A program made the position numbers and the translations under genes. From Trueperaceae bacterium (GTDB taxonomy: Bacteria; Deinococcota; Deinococci; Deinococcales; Trueperaceae), in contig OZ243956.1 in assembly GCA_965214405.1 (NCBI GenBank), positions 2,016,001-2,080,000 of the forward strand: a stretch of DNA of 64,000 nucleotides. Reading direction: 5' to 3'. Shown one piece after another: positions 24,289 to 36,248 of this stretch; within the stretch, counting starts at the first letter, position 1; each line of letters starts with the position of its first letter. The notes under the pieces were generated by a model, which worked only from the letters and a program-made list of their open reading frames with translations, had not been told where the DNA came from and did not search any database.

Positions 24289-25425
24289 ATGCCTGAAGTC
24301 GTCGTCGCTGGACACCTCTGCTTAGATATCATCCCCGCGCTCCCCGGTCCCGTTGCGCTTCGCCCCGGCACGCTGACCGAGGTGGGCGCGGCGAGCTTCG
24401 CGGCGGGGGGCGGGGTGTCCAACGTGGGCTTGAGCCTTCTCAAGCTGGGCGTCCGTACCAAGCTGATGGGCCGAATCGGGCGCGACGCGTTCGGGGAGAC
24501 TCTACGGGCGCTCCTCACGGCGCACGCGCCGGACGCCGCCGATACGCTCCAAACGGGCGAGGAAAGCACCTCCTACACGCTCGTGATAAGTCCGCCCGAC
24601 ACCGACCGCTCATTTTTGCACTATCCCGGTCCCAACGCCCTGTTCGCCCCTTCCGATATTGACTTAAAAGTGGTCGAGGCGGCCAAAATTTTCTACTTCG
24701 GCTATCCGCCCCTGATGAAACGTTTTTACGAGGATGGGGGCGAGGGTTTGGCAAAATTATTCGAAAAAGTAAAAGCATCGGGCGTCACCACCGCGCTCGA
24801 CATGACGCTGCCCGACCCCAAAGCAGCCTCGGGGCGGGTGGACTGGGGGGCGTTCTTGGCGCGGGTGTTGCCGTTTGTGGATGTTTTTTTGCCCAGCTTA
24901 GACGAGACGCTGTTTATGCTCGAGCCCACACATTTCCTAAAACCCCTCGAGCCCATGCCTGCCCCCTTTCTTGGCGACTTAGCTAAGCGGGTGCTGGAGC
25001 TCGGCGCGGGCGTGGTGGGGTTTAAGCTGGGTGAAGACGGTTTTTACATTAGGACGGGGGACGAAGCGCGGCTTTCTAAGTTGGGCCATGTAGCGCCTAC
25101 ACCAGAAAGCTGGGCGAACCGCGAGCTTTGGTCACCCGTGTTCGAAACGACGCCAAAAGGCACCGTCGGCGCGGGCGACGCGACCTTTGCGGGGTTTCTC
25201 GCGGCGCTGCTGCGCGGTTCGGGACCCGAGGAGGCGACCACGATGGCGACCGCGGTGGGCGCGTGCAGCGTCGAGGCGGCGGACGCGACGAGCGGCGTAC
25301 AGACCTGGGTGGAGACCGTGACGCGTGTTAAGAACTGGCCCCGCGCATCCCACCGAGCCCTCGAGGGTTGGGAACGGGGCGCTCACGGCGTGTATCTTGG
25401 CAAGGGGGACGGCTCGAGCCTCTAA
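24289..25425 (+). CDS. PfkB family carbohydrate kinase
   Basis: GGGVSNVG and TVGAGD PfkB signatures. Confidence 0.88.
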   Translation: MPEVVVAGHLCLDIIPALPGPVALRPGTLTEVGAASFAAGGGVSNVGLSLLKLGVRTKLMGRIGRDAFGETLRALLTAHAPDAADTLQTGEESTSYTLVISPPDTDRSFLHYPGPNALFAPSDIDLKVVEAAKIFYFGYPPLMKRFYEDGGEGLAKLFEKVKASGVTTALDMTLPDPKAASGRVDWGAFLARVLPFVDVFLPSLDETLFMLEPTHFLKPLEPMPAPFLGDLAKRVLELGAGVVGFKLGEDGFYIRTGDEARLSKLGHVAPTPESWANRELWSPVFETTPKGTVGAGDATFAGFLAALLRGSGPEEATTMATAVGACSVEAADATSGVQTWVETVTRVKNWPRASHRALEGWERGAHGVYLGKGDGSSL

Positions 25426-25435
25426 AGGAGACCAC

Positions 25436-26032
25436 ATGGAACCCATCACGCTACCTACACTTCCCGCACCCTTAACCTGGCTCGGCGACCCCGCCGACTG
25501 GCGCGTGGACGGTGCAGAGCTCACGCTGACGGCGGGCCGAGAAACCGACCTTTTTTGTGACCCAGGCGGCAAACCCCCACGCCGGGACGCGCCCGCGCTC
25601 CTCTTCGGAACGGAGGGAGATTTCGTGCTGAGCGCGAAGGTAGCAGTTGACTTTAAGGCCACCTTTGACGCGGGTGTGCTCCTCATTTTTGAGGACGACT
25701 CGAGCTGGGCCAAGCTCTGTTTTGAGCGTTCCCCGCAGGGAGAGCCGACCATCGTCTCGGTCGTGACCAAAACGTTGTCAGACGACGCCAACGCCATGAC
25801 GAAACCCGGCCCCGTCTACCTCCGCGTCGCCCGGTTGGGCCGGGCCTACGCGTTTCACGCGTCGGACACGGGGGAGCAGTGGGAACTCATCCGCCACTTC
25901 TCACTTTCGGCGAGCGCAAACCCCAGCGTGGGCTTTTTGGCGCAGTCGCCCACGGGTGAGGGCTGCACCGCGACCTTTTCGGACGTGAATTTTCAAAGGA
26001 GAACGTTAGAGGACATCCGCTCCGGTGAGTAG
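25436..26032 (+). CDS. DUF1349-like (ConA-fold) protein
   Basis: TDLFCDP, FDAGVL, WAKLCFE, SVVT..SDD, AQSPTG; SD AAGGAG before ATG 25436. Confidence 0.8.
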   Translation: MEPITLPTLPAPLTWLGDPADWRVDGAELTLTAGRETDLFCDPGGKPPRRDAPALLFGTEGDFVLSAKVAVDFKATFDAGVLLIFEDDSSWAKLCFERSPQGEPTIVSVVTKTLSDDANAMTKPGPVYLRVARLGRAYAFHASDTGEQWELIRHFSLSASANPSVGFLAQSPTGEGCTATFSDVNFQRRTLEDIRSGE

Positions 26033-26185
26033 GCGTTCCCGCAGACCCAGACCAAAAAGCTTTCTCGGCTCGAGCAACAAGAAGCGCAAAAAAGAGTTTT
26101 TGACCCTACTCTCCACTTTTAACTCGGTACTTCTACGCTCTAGGCAATTAAGCCTCTGCAAAACGCACCTTCGTGAGCCCCTTGG

Positions 26186-26210
26186 TGTACCCCAGCTTTT
26201 AGGGTACAGT
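26186..26210 (+). promoter_or_regulatory. Palindromic operator overlapping the -10 box of the lexA-like gene
   Basis: TGTACCC-N9-GGGTACA overlaps TACAGT, which lies 7 nt before ATG 26218. Confidence 0.55.
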
Positions 26211-26217
26211 AGGAGCC

Positions 26218-26830
26218 ATGAAACCCCGTCCTCTCTCCCCCCAACAGGCCAAAATCCTCCGCAAGTTGCAGCGGGTGAGGCGGCAGGGCGAGCTTCCGCA
26301 GCTTTCGGAGTTAGCTCGAGACTTAGGTCTCCACTACACCACCCTGCGCCAGCACCTAGAGGCGCTCGCCACAAAGGGTTACGTGAGGTTCCAGAGCCGC
26401 GGAACAGGACGCTCGCCGCAGCTCGAGCTTTTGGGCTTCCGTACCGGCGTGCCCGTCGTCGGCGACATCCCGGCGGGCGCGCTGAGCGAGGCCATCGAAT
26501 CAGCCGACGGCTACCTGGCGCTCTCGGGTGACGCGGGCTATTTCGCGCTCCAGGTGCGCGGCGACTCGATGGCCGACCTTATTCAGGATGGCGACCTGGT
26601 GCTTTTGGACAAAGACGCCCCACCCCGCCCCGGCGAAATCTGCGCGGTGCGGCTCGAGGACGACGTGACCCTGAAGTATCTCGAGTGGTCGGAGAGCGCC
26701 CCCCAATGGCGCGTGCTGCGCCCGCACAACCCGTTTTTCCCGACGATGCAAGTCGAGGCCAAAAGCGTCCACGTCGAGGGCGTCTACCGCGGCCTGCTGC
26801 GCGGCAGCGTGATTCAGACGCTTCTCAAAT

Positions 26831-26832
<2 letters not shown>
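26218..26832 (+). CDS. lexA: LexA-like repressor (winged HTH plus S24 peptidase)
   Basis: QHLEALATKGY HTH, IPAG cleavage site, GDSM Ser, VTLK Lys. Confidence 0.82.
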
Positions 26833-28023
<1,191 letters not shown>

Positions 28024-28027
28024 AGGG

Positions 28028-28831
28028 GTGGAGGGGCGCGCGTCGTTCCTGTGGTCAGGTAGTCAAGAAGCGTTTCTTGGCGAACCTTCCGTTGTTTCTC
28101 TTCACGACGTCGTGATAGGTCGCTACGGCGGGAACCGGGCGGCGGGCGCGCATAAAAACGAGGACGCCGCGCTCGTCTGGCGCGACCCCGAACAGGATTG
28201 GACGTTCGCCGCGCTTCTCGACGCGCACGCCGGGAGTGAGAGCGCGGAGGCGGTGCTCGAGCTTATCCAGAGTCAAGAAACCCAACTGCTGGACCTTTTG
28301 GCTCAACCCATAGAAACCGCGTTTAGCGAAATTCAAGAGATGCTGCTAAAAGCCCTCTCCTCCCCCGCTTTCAAAAAGGCATGTAGGAGAATAGCGGGTG
28401 AAACAGCCCTGCTCGTCTGCGTGCAAAAGGGCGGTTTCGTGTGGTGGCTGTCCGTCGGCGACTGCGTGCTCTACCTCCTGCACCCCGACCTCATCAAGCT
28501 CGGCCAATACGCGCTCAACCAGCGGCAGTTTTTCGAGTGGGTGGGGCGGGTGAATACGTTCAGCCTTCCCGTACCCGCTTACACCACGGGCGTGCGCGAA
28601 CTCAGAGGCGGGCTCAACCATCTCCTCCTCGTCACCGATGGACTATTAGAGTTTGGCGCGCGGCCTTTTGAGGAGGCTCGAGCCCTCGCCGACATCATCA
28701 TGGGTAACGGCGCTGAAAAGGCTATCAGAACACTACTCGAGCGCGTTCATGAGGATAAAGGGCGGGACAGCGCGACCCTCCTTCACTGGAGATTTCACAA
28801 CGCCTCGAGTGTCGCTTATCCTTCGCGTTGA
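28028..28831 (+). CDS. PP2C-like phosphatase domain protein
   Basis: KNEDA, LLDAH, SVGDC, TDGL and DSAT metal-binding motifs. Confidence 0.8.
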   Translation: MEGRASFLWSGSQEAFLGEPSVVSLHDVVIGRYGGNRAAGAHKNEDAALVWRDPEQDWTFAALLDAHAGSESAEAVLELIQSQETQLLDLLAQPIETAFSEIQEMLLKALSSPAFKKACRRIAGETALLVCVQKGGFVWWLSVGDCVLYLLHPDLIKLGQYALNQRQFFEWVGRVNTFSLPVPAYTTGVRELRGGLNHLLLVTDGLLEFGARPFEEARALADIIMGNGAEKAIRTLLERVHEDKGRDSATLLHWRFHNASSVAYPSR

Positions 28832-28886
28832 GGCTCGAGCCTACGTCACGCCGAACGATTTGAATAAGGCGCGGCTATACCACCCC

Positions 28887-30395
28887 TCACCCTCTCAGCC
28901 CCTGCGCCAGCGCGTAATAAAGGTCATTCTGCCGCAGCTCGTTTTTCAGCTCGCGCAGTTCGGTGTCTTTGTCAATGACGACGAGTTCGACCCCGGCCAT
29001 CTCCGCAAAATCTTCTATGAATTCGCTCCTCACCGGATAGCTATAAACCGTGTGGTGCGCCCCGCCCGCATAAATCCAGGCGGCGATTGCGGTCTTGAAG
29101 TCGGGCTGGCACTCCCAGACGGCCCTCGCCACCGGCAAGTTCGGCAGGTCTGGATGTTCAACGGCGGTCACCTCGTTGACAATCAAGCGAAAGCGGTTAC
29201 CCATGTCGATGAGCGAGACGTTGACGGCGGGACCGGGCGGCGCGCCAAACACCAAGCGCACCGGGTCGTCTTTGCCGCCGATGCCCAGGGGATGAAGCTC
29301 GAGCCTCGGCTTGCCCGCCGCGATGCTCGGGCAGACTTCCAGCATGTGCGCGCCCAAGACCTGAAGGTTACCGGGTTCCAAATGATAGGTGTAGTCCTCC
29401 ATAAACGAGGTGCCGCCCGTCAAGCCCTGCCCCATCACCTTGAGCGCGCGCAGCAGCGCCGCCGTTTTCCAGTCGCCCTCCGCGCCGAAGCCGTAGCCGT
29501 CGGCCATCAGTCGCTGCACGGCGAGGCCGGGGAGTTGGGTGAGGCCGTGCAAGTTCTCAAAAGTGGTGGTAAAGCCTTTGAAATGCCCGTCCTCGAGAAA
29601 CGCCCGCAGCCCCAACTCCTGCCGCGCCCCGTCGCGTAAAGAGGCGTGACGCTCGCCGTCCTTTTGCAGATTTTCGGCGACCTCATAAAGCTCGTTATAT
29701 TCCTCGACGAGCTTGGTTACTGCCGCGTCGTCTACGGCCTCAATCCGCGCGACCAAATCCCCCACGCCGTAGCCGTTGACCGAAAACCCGAAGCGCATCT
29801 CCGCCGCGACCTTGTCGCCCTCGGTCACCGCGACCTCTCGCATGTTGTCGCCGAAGCGGGCAAACTTCGCGCCTTGTAAATCAAACCAGGCGTGCGCGAC
29901 TCTTGCCCAGGTGCCGAGTCGTTCTTGCACCTCGGGGTCGCTGTAGTGCCCGACGACCACCTTGCGCTTTAGCCCCATGCGAGTGTGCAAGAACCCCGCC
30001 TCACGGTCGCCGTGCGCCGCCTGGTTGAGGTTCATAAAGTCCATGTCGATACTTTCCCAGGGCAGTTCGCGGTTGTACTGAGTGTGGAGGTGGCAAAAGG
30101 GTTTGGTGAGGACGGACAGGCCGCCAATCCACATCCTCGAGGGCGAAAACGTGTGCATCCATAACACCAGCCCGGCGCAAGTCGGGTCGGCGTTGGCCTC
30201 GAGCATTAGCCTACGAATCTCGTCCGCCGTGGTGAGCAGGCCCTTGAAAACAACGGGCAAAGGTACAGCGTCCGCGTCGTTTAGAGCGTTGGCGACGGCT
30301 CGAGCGTTGCTCTCAACCTGCCGCAACAGCTCCGCCCCGTAGAGATGCTGCGAACCACAGACAAACCAAATATCGGGATGGGTGAGTTCTTTCAT
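28887..30395 (-). CDS. araA: L-arabinose isomerase
   Basis: [41 protein letters not shown]. Confidence 0.96.
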   Translation of the reverse strand: MKELTHPDIWFVCGSQHLYGAELLRQVESNARAVANALNDADAVPLPVVFKGLLTTADEIRRLMLEANADPTCAGLVLWMHTFSPSRMWIGGLSVLTKPFCHLHTQYNRELPWESIDMDFMNLNQAAHGDREAGFLHTRMGLKRKVVVGHYSDPEVQERLGTWARVAHAWFDLQGAKFARFGDNMREVAVTEGDKVAAEMRFGFSVNGYGVGDLVARIEAVDDAAVTKLVEEYNELYEVAENLQKDGERHASLRDGARQELGLRAFLEDGHFKGFTTTFENLHGLTQLPGLAVQRLMADGYGFGAEGDWKTAALLRALKVMGQGLTGGTSFMEDYTYHLEPGNLQVLGAHMLEVCPSIAAGKPRLELHPLGIGGKDDPVRLVFGAPPGPAVNVSLIDMGNRFRLIVNEVTAVEHPDLPNLPVARAVWECQPDFKTAIAAWIYAGGAHHTVYSYPVRSEFIEDFAEMAGVELVVIDKDTELRELKNELRQNDLYYALAQGLRG

Positions 30396-30412
30396 GGGCC
30401 TCCTTTAGGCGA

Positions 30413-30468
30413 TGGGTAGTAGTAAGTGGCTAGTGATTAGAAAAACTAACCACTCACCACTCATCACT
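30413..30468. repeat. Heptamer-repeat hairpin element, copy C (between araD and araA)
   Basis: AGTGGCT AGTGATT AGAAAAACTAACC ACTCACC ACTCATC ACT. Confidence 0.75.
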
Positions 30469-30472
30469 GCCT

Positions 30473-31123
30473 CTACTGTCCGTAAACGTTTGTATAACGC
30501 TCGTGAAGCTTGGCAATATCTTGTTCCGACACGGGCTCGGGCGTGCCGAGTTGGACGGCTAGAAAGCTTGTTCTGGCGACGTCCTCGCACATGATGGCGG
30601 CTTTCACAGCGTCTTTGGGCGTTTTGCCGACGGTGAAGACGCCGTGGTTTTGCAAGATGATGGCGGGTGAACGGTGGCCTTTGAGGACGCGCACCACCTC
30701 CCGGCCTATCTCCTCGCCGCCGATGAGCGCGAAGCCGCCGCAGGGGATGGGGCCGCCGAACTCGTCGGCCATCGCGGTCAGGAAACAGGGGATGTCTTTG
30801 CCGACCGCCGCCCACGCGGTCGCGTAGGGAGAGTGGGTGTGGACGACGCCGCCGATGTCGGGCAGGTGTTTGTAAATGTAAGCGTGCGTGGCGGTGTCGG
30901 ACGAGAATTTGTAGTCGCCGCGGTTCTCTAGGGTCTCGATATCCACCTCACACATGCTCTCGGGCGTCAGGTCTTCAAACATCACGCCCGAGGGTTTAAT
31001 GACCATGCGGTTCTCGCCCGGCACCCGTCCGCTGATGTTGCCGCTCGTCCAGCTCACCAAGTTGTTGGCGGGCAGACGCGCGTGGAGGTCGCAGACTTGT
31101 TTTTGCATCTCCCCAATGGTCAC
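30473..31123 (-). CDS. araD: L-ribulose-5-phosphate 4-epimerase
   Basis: WTSGNIS, IKPSG, SSDTATH, HTHS, NHG, YTNVYGQ. Confidence 0.93.
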   Translation of the reverse strand: MTIGEMQKQVCDLHARLPANNLVSWTSGNISGRVPGENRMVIKPSGVMFEDLTPESMCEVDIETLENRGDYKFSSDTATHAYIYKHLPDIGGVVHTHSPYATAWAAVGKDIPCFLTAMADEFGGPIPCGGFALIGGEEIGREVVRVLKGHRSPAIILQNHGVFTVGKTPKDAVKAAIMCEDVARTSFLAVQLGTPEPVSEQDIAKLHERYTNVYGQ

Positions 31124-32865
31124 TCGCTCCCCCTCGCCTCACGGACGCCCGCCTCGACCTCGTCGGCCTCGGGAGGTTCAGGTGTGGTCTCAGACGGAGT
31201 CTCGGCGTGGGTGTTGCTTTTGGCCTCGAGCCGAATCCGCTTCAACGTCTTCATCACGTTGTTCTCGCCGCGCCCAAAGGTGTCGTAAAGCCGTTTGTAC
31301 TCCCCGTAGAGCTTGTCATAAACCGCCCTATTTTCAGGAATAGGCGAGACGACCTCGTCTTTGAGCTTGCCCATCGCCTCAGACGCGGCGTGGATGTCCG
31401 GGTAAACCCCCGCCGCGACCGCCGCGAAGATGGCCGAGCCCAGCGCGGGCGCTTGCGCCGAGCCCGCCAGCTTTAAGGGGCGTCCGGTCACGTCGGCGTA
31501 AATCTGGCACAACATCCGGTTTTTTTCGGGCAGGCCGCCCGCCGCCACGAGTTCTTTCACCTCGACGCCGCTCGCCTCAAAGGCTTCGATAATCTCGCGC
31601 TTGCCGAAGGCGGTCGCCTCGATGAGCGCGCGGTAGATGTCGGGCGCCCTGGTCGCCAGCGTCAGGCCAACGATTAAACCGGAGAGATCAACGTCGACCA
31701 GGGTCGAGCGGTTGCCATTCCACCAGTCGAGCGCCAACAGGCCGTGCTCACCCACCTTTTGCGCCGCGGCTTCACGCTCGAGGTACGCGTAAATATCGAG
31801 CCCCGCCCCTTCCGCCGCGTCATAATCCTCCCGCGGCACCGCGCGCTCCACGAACCACGCGAAAATGTCGCCCACCCCGCTCTGCCCGGACTCGTAGCCG
31901 TAGAGACCCGGAACGACGCCGTTTTCCACCACGCCGCACATCCCCTCGACCTCTTGCAGACTCTCCGACGACATGATGTCGCAAGTCGAGGTGCCTATGA
32001 TCATCACCATGACGCCGGGGCCGGTCGCGCGCACGGCGGGCGCGGTCACGTGCGCGTCCACGTTGGCGACCGCCACCGCTATACCTTCTTCTAAACCCGT
32101 CGCCTCGGCCCAGCTTTGGGTAAGGCCCCCGGCCTTTTCCCCAAGCTGCACAAACTCGCGGCTCATCTTTTCATCCACGATGTTGGCGAAGTCGGGGTGG
32201 AGCGCCGCGAAAAAGTCGTTTGACGGGAACTCGCCACCCTGCACCAGCGCCTTGTACCCGGCGGTGCAGGCGTTTCTCGTTTCGACCCCGGTGAGTTGCC
32301 ACACGGTCCAGTCGGCAGCCTCGAGTATCCTCTCGGCAGCCCTGTACACCTCGGGCGCGTCTTCTAAAATTTGCAGCGCCTTGGAAAAAAACCACTCCGA
32401 AGAATACTTGCCGCCGTAGCGGGCCAGCCAGGGCTCATTGCGCGCTCGAGCCGTCTCGTTAATCTTGTCCGCCTGCGGCTGCGCGGCGTGGTGTTTCCAG
32501 AGCTTGACCCAGGCGTGCGGGTGGTCTTGCCACTCGTCCAGCGCCATAAGCGGCGTGCCGTCCTTTAGGGTCGGCAGGATGGTGCAGCTTGTAAAGTCGA
32601 TACCCAGACCGATAATTTCCTCCGGACTAACGCCGCTCTTCTCTAGCACCGCCGGGACGGTCTGACGGATGGTCTCGAGATAGTCCAGCGGGTTTTGCAG
32701 CGCCCATTCGGGCGGCAGCCGTTTACCAGAGGTGGGCAGCGCGCTGTCGATAACCCCGTGCGGATAGCTAAAGACCGCCGTGGCGACCTCGCGCCCGTCG
32801 GCGGTGTCGACCAGCAGCGCGCGCCCCGAGAGCGTGCCGAAGTCGATTCCGATGGTATATGGCAT
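31120..32865 (-). CDS. araB: Ribulokinase
   Basis: IGIDFGTLSGRA, KLWKHH, GTSTC, LDWWNGNRS; SD AAGGAG before ATG 32865. Confidence 0.94.
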   Translation of the reverse strand: MPYTIGIDFGTLSGRALLVDTADGREVATAVFSYPHGVIDSALPTSGKRLPPEWALQNPLDYLETIRQTVPAVLEKSGVSPEEIIGLGIDFTSCTILPTLKDGTPLMALDEWQDHPHAWVKLWKHHAAQPQADKINETARARNEPWLARYGGKYSSEWFFSKALQILEDAPEVYRAAERILEAADWTVWQLTGVETRNACTAGYKALVQGGEFPSNDFFAALHPDFANIVDEKMSREFVQLGEKAGGLTQSWAEATGLEEGIAVAVANVDAHVTAPAVRATGPGVMVMIIGTSTCDIMSSESLQEVEGMCGVVENGVVPGLYGYESGQSGVGDIFAWFVERAVPREDYDAAEGAGLDIYAYLEREAAAQKVGEHGLLALDWWNGNRSTLVDVDLSGLIVGLTLATRAPDIYRALIEATAFGKREIIEAFEASGVEVKELVAAGGLPEKNRMLCQIYADVTGRPLKLAGSAQAPALGSAIFAAVAAGVYPDIHAASEAMGKLKDEVVSPIPENRAVYDKLYGEYKRLYDTFGRGENNVMKTLKRIRLEAKSNTHAETPSETTPEPPEADEVEAGVREARGSE

Positions 32866-33083
32866 AATTCTCTCCTTTCGTTGAATGCTTGGGAGGTTCA
32901 CAGAGCGTTACTCGTTCGTTTTTAATCTAACCCCTCACCACTACCCACTCACCCCTCTCTTCACCAGGCAGGTGCTCGAGCCCACCAGCGTGGGGTGAGG
33001 AGGGTGCCAAGCACTTTTTCTCACGTAAGATTTTTCCACCATGCAGATTCATGTTACTTTGAATTTAGCGTAAGGAGTGAACA

Positions 33084-34073
33084 ATGACGATTCGTTGGGG
33101 CATTATCGGTGTCGGCGACGTGACCGAAAAAAAGAGCGGTCCCGGCTTTCAAAAAGCTGAGCGTTCAGCCCTCGTCGCGGTGATGCGGCGCAGCGGTGAC
33201 AAGGCCGCCGATTACGCGAAGCGGCACGGCGTGCCCAAGTGGTTCGATGACGCAGACGCGCTCATTCATGACCCCGAGGTCGACGCGGTCTACATCGCGA
33301 CCCCGCCCGACTCGCACCGCGACTACACGCTCCGCGTCGCCGCGGCGGGCAAGCCCGTGTACGTCGAAAAACCGATGGCGCGCACCGCCGCCGAGTGCGA
33401 GGCGATGATTGCCGCGTGTCAGGCGGCGGGGGTGCCTCTGTTTGTCGCCTACTACCGCCGCGCCATGCCCCGGTTTCTCAACATCAAGGAACTTATCGAG
33501 GGTGGCGCGATTGGCGAACCCAGGGCGGTGGAGGTGCGCTTGGAGCGCTCAGGTTCCGCCGCCGACGTCGGCGACGTTCCCTGGCGCGTGCGCCCCGAGA
33601 TGTCGGGGGGCGGCTACTTTATCGATATGGGCTCGCACACCCTGGACTTTCTCGACTGGCTGTTGGGACCTATCACCCACGTCATGGGGTCAGCCGTCAA
33701 TCAGGCGGGGCGTTATCCGGCGGAAGACCTCGTGACGGGCGCGTTTACTTTCGCGTCTGGCGTCCAGGGCGTCGGCCTGTGGTGTTTTAGCGGCGCTGAA
33801 GAGCGCGACCAGGTCGACATCATCGGCTCGAAAGGCTCCTTGCGCTTCACCTCGTTTGACGGCAGCCCGCTGCGTCTCACGACGGATGCCGGAGAAAGAA
33901 TGATTGACGCGCCCTACCCGGAGACGGTGCAACAGCCTCTTATCCAGAACGTGGTGGACGAACTTACCGGTCATGGGAGGTGCTCGAGCACGGGCGAAAG
34001 CGCCCTGCGAACCGCTAAGGTGGTTGACGCGCTGCTCGAGAGTTACCGCCAAAAGCACGGGATTCATTTCTAG
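33084..34073 (+). CDS. Gfo/Idh/MocA family oxidoreductase
   Basis: WGIIGVG, VYIATPP, EKPMA, YYRR. Confidence 0.9.
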   Translation: MTIRWGIIGVGDVTEKKSGPGFQKAERSALVAVMRRSGDKAADYAKRHGVPKWFDDADALIHDPEVDAVYIATPPDSHRDYTLRVAAAGKPVYVEKPMARTAAECEAMIAACQAAGVPLFVAYYRRAMPRFLNIKELIEGGAIGEPRAVEVRLERSGSAADVGDVPWRVRPEMSGGGYFIDMGSHTLDFLDWLLGPITHVMGSAVNQAGRYPAEDLVTGAFTFASGVQGVGLWCFSGAEERDQVDIIGSKGSLRFTSFDGSPLRLTTDAGERMIDAPYPETVQQPLIQNVVDELTGHGRCSSTGESALRTAKVVDALLESYRQKHGIHF

Positions 34074-34093
34074 GCCGTTGGCCCGTCCACCTC

Positions 34094-34801
34094 CTAAACT
34101 CGAGAAGACGCGCGAACCTCACTCGAGGCCGAACGCGCCGCGAACAGACGTTTGTAGTGCGTTATCCACCGGCCGAGCAGCAGCCCGCCGATAAGACCGG
34201 GCAAGGCCCAGACGGTCCACTCGAGGCTTTCCGGCAAATGCGGACCCACGTTTTGCACCATGAACGCCGTGACCGCCGCCAAATAGCCGCCAGTCATCCG
34301 CTCCATGTGGTGGTACCACCACCAGTTGCGGTCTGGCGAGGGCGTGACGAAACTGCGCACATCCACCACCGCCGTCTGTGCGAGGAAATAGCCGAAGGCA
34401 ATCCCCAAGATTGAGAAGCTTACCGAGTCGCTTTGCGTAAGCCCAAGTAGGGGCAACGCGCCCCAGAGGATGAAGCCGAGACCCGCGACGAGGGCGACGC
34501 CCGCACCCGTCCAGTCGAGCCAGGTTGCCCTTTGCCCCCGCTCGGGGCGCTTGCGGTGCAGCGCGCGCGTGCCCGAAAAAACCAAATAGAAGCTCAGAAT
34601 CGAGATAATGAAGAGAAACACATTGGGTCGAAAGGCCAGCAAGGCGAGGGCACTCACAAAAATGGCGAACATCGCCCAGAAGAAAACCCACCCCCAGAGG
34701 CGGTGCGCTTTGCCGCCTTTGCGAACCGCCATCGCCACGGGCGCGACGACGAGCGCGGTTGTTCCCACCGTGATGTGGAAGATAGTAAGCAGAAGGTGCA
34801 T
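34094..34801 (-). CDS. DUF2306-like membrane protein
   Basis: KGGKAHRLWG, HMERM..YLAAVTAF; multiple TM segments. Confidence 0.75.
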   Translation of the reverse strand: MHLLLTIFHITVGTTALVVAPVAMAVRKGGKAHRLWGWVFFWAMFAIFVSALALLAFRPNVFLFIISILSFYLVFSGTRALHRKRPERGQRATWLDWTGAGVALVAGLGFILWGALPLLGLTQSDSVSFSILGIAFGYFLAQTAVVDVRSFVTPSPDRNWWWYHHMERMTGGYLAAVTAFMVQNVGPHLPESLEWTVWALPGLIGGLLLGRWITHYKRLFAARSASSEVRASSRV

Positions 34802-35084
34802 GGTTACGCCTCCCGCTTTGCGAGTGGTCGCGCGCTAAAGCTCATGGGTGAACTTAGGTGGAAAGTGTGGACGCTCGAGCCGCGTAGCAATCCAGAGCAT
34901 AGGGTTTCAAATTGTTTGCTTAGTAGACCTTTGCAGGATGTGTCGGTATAGCGTGTCACGGTAAACCTCCTGTAAGAAGCGTAGCCGCGCCGCGCCGGTT
35001 CACGCATGTGCGAGAGGTCATGCCCGTGAAGCGTGACTTTTGGCAGGGGTCAAAAGATTGGCGACGGTCTATACTTGGGTCATT

Positions 35085-36248
35085 ATGTCCGCCACGACGC
35101 CCGCAAAAAGGCAGCCTCTCCCCAGTTGGTTTTTGTCGCAGGTCGCCGGGTTTGTGACCTGGGCGGCGGTCGGCGTGCCGATGCTGTTAGAGCGTCCGCA
35201 GCACCTCATCACCGAACCCCCTGTCACGGCCGCGTTCGCGCTCTGGCTCGTCTGCTACTTTGGCTTTGGGTTTCTCTTCGCGCTCATCACCCAGCCGCGG
35301 CTCGACCCCGTCGTCCACCGCTACCACCTCTTGCCGCTCACGCTGCTGACGCTTTTTACCTTTGGCGTGATGGGCCTGGTGCCGGGTTACTGGCTGGGCG
35401 GCATCTTGCTGATTATCGTGACGAGCTACGCGCCGCACGTGCTCTCTTTTCGCGCCGCGACGCTCTGGACCCTCGGCCAGACGCTTGTGATGACGGGGCT
35501 TTTTTTATCCACAGGCGAGGCGGGCCAGGCGCTCGTCCAGGCGGCGCTGTACTTAGGGTTTCAGGTTTTCGCGCTCTTTACCACCCACGCAGCGCTCAGC
35601 GAGGCGCGGGCGCGGGCGGAACTCGCCAACGTCAACGCCGAACTCCGCGCGACTCAGGCGCTCTTGAGTGAGAGCAGCCGCGTGGCCGAGCGGGTGAGAA
35701 TCGCTCGAGACCTCCACGACCTCATCGGCCACCACCTCACCGCGCTGAGCCTCAACTTAGAGGTCGCCTCTCACGTGAGCGAGGGCAAGGCTCTGGTACA
35801 CGTGCAAAAAGCGCAGACGCTGACCAAACTCCTGCTGAGCGACGTGCGCGAAACGGTGAGCGCCATGCGCGAAGACGCTACTCTCAACTTGTCAAACGCT
35901 TTAGAAACGCTCACGTGCGACATCCCCAACCTAAAGATTCACCTGACGCTGCCCCACGACTTACGGCTGGACGACCCGCACCGCGCCCAGGCCCTTTTGC
36001 GTTGCGTGCAAGAAGTGCTGACCAATACGGTGAAACACGCGGGCGCGGCGAACCTCTGGTTGGACCTCGTCAGGACGGAAGGGGGGCTCGAGCTCCGCGC
36101 CAGAGACGACGGGCGCGGCGCGGGGAGCGTCACCGCGGGTCACGGGCTCAGTGGCATGAAAGAGCGTTTCGTCTCGTTGGGCGGCGACGTGTCGCTCACC
36201 TCCACCCCCGGCCAGGGTTTCTCGTTACGCGCCCGCTTGCCCACATGA
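35085..36248 (+). CDS. Membrane sensor histidine kinase (HisKA_3)
   Basis: TM N-terminus, ERVRIARDLHDLIGH, TNTVKH, DDGRG, GHGLSGM. Start approximate. Confidence 0.9.
   Translation: MSATTPAKRQPLPSWFLSQVAGFVTWAAVGVPMLLERPQHLITEPPVTAAFALWLVCYFGFGFLFALITQPRLDPVVHRYHLLPLTLLTLFTFGVMGLVPGYWLGGILLIIVTSYAPHVLSFRAATLWTLGQTLVMTGLFLSTGEAGQALVQAALYLGFQVFALFTTHAALSEARARAELANVNAELRATQALLSESSRVAERVRIARDLHDLIGHHLTALSLNLEVASHVSEGKALVHVQKAQTLTKLLLSDVRETVSAMREDATLNLSNALETLTCDIPNLKIHLTLPHDLRLDDPHRAQALLRCVQEVLTNTVKHAGAANLWLDLVRTEGGLELRARDDGRGAGSVTAGHGLSGMKERFVSLGGDVSLTSTPGQGFSLRARLPT

Noticed and set aside
26031..26170. Possible further MITE (AGGCGTTCCCGCAGA ... TCTGCAAAACGCACCT)
   Set aside because: End match is weak, no target duplication, and no clear second copy in the window.
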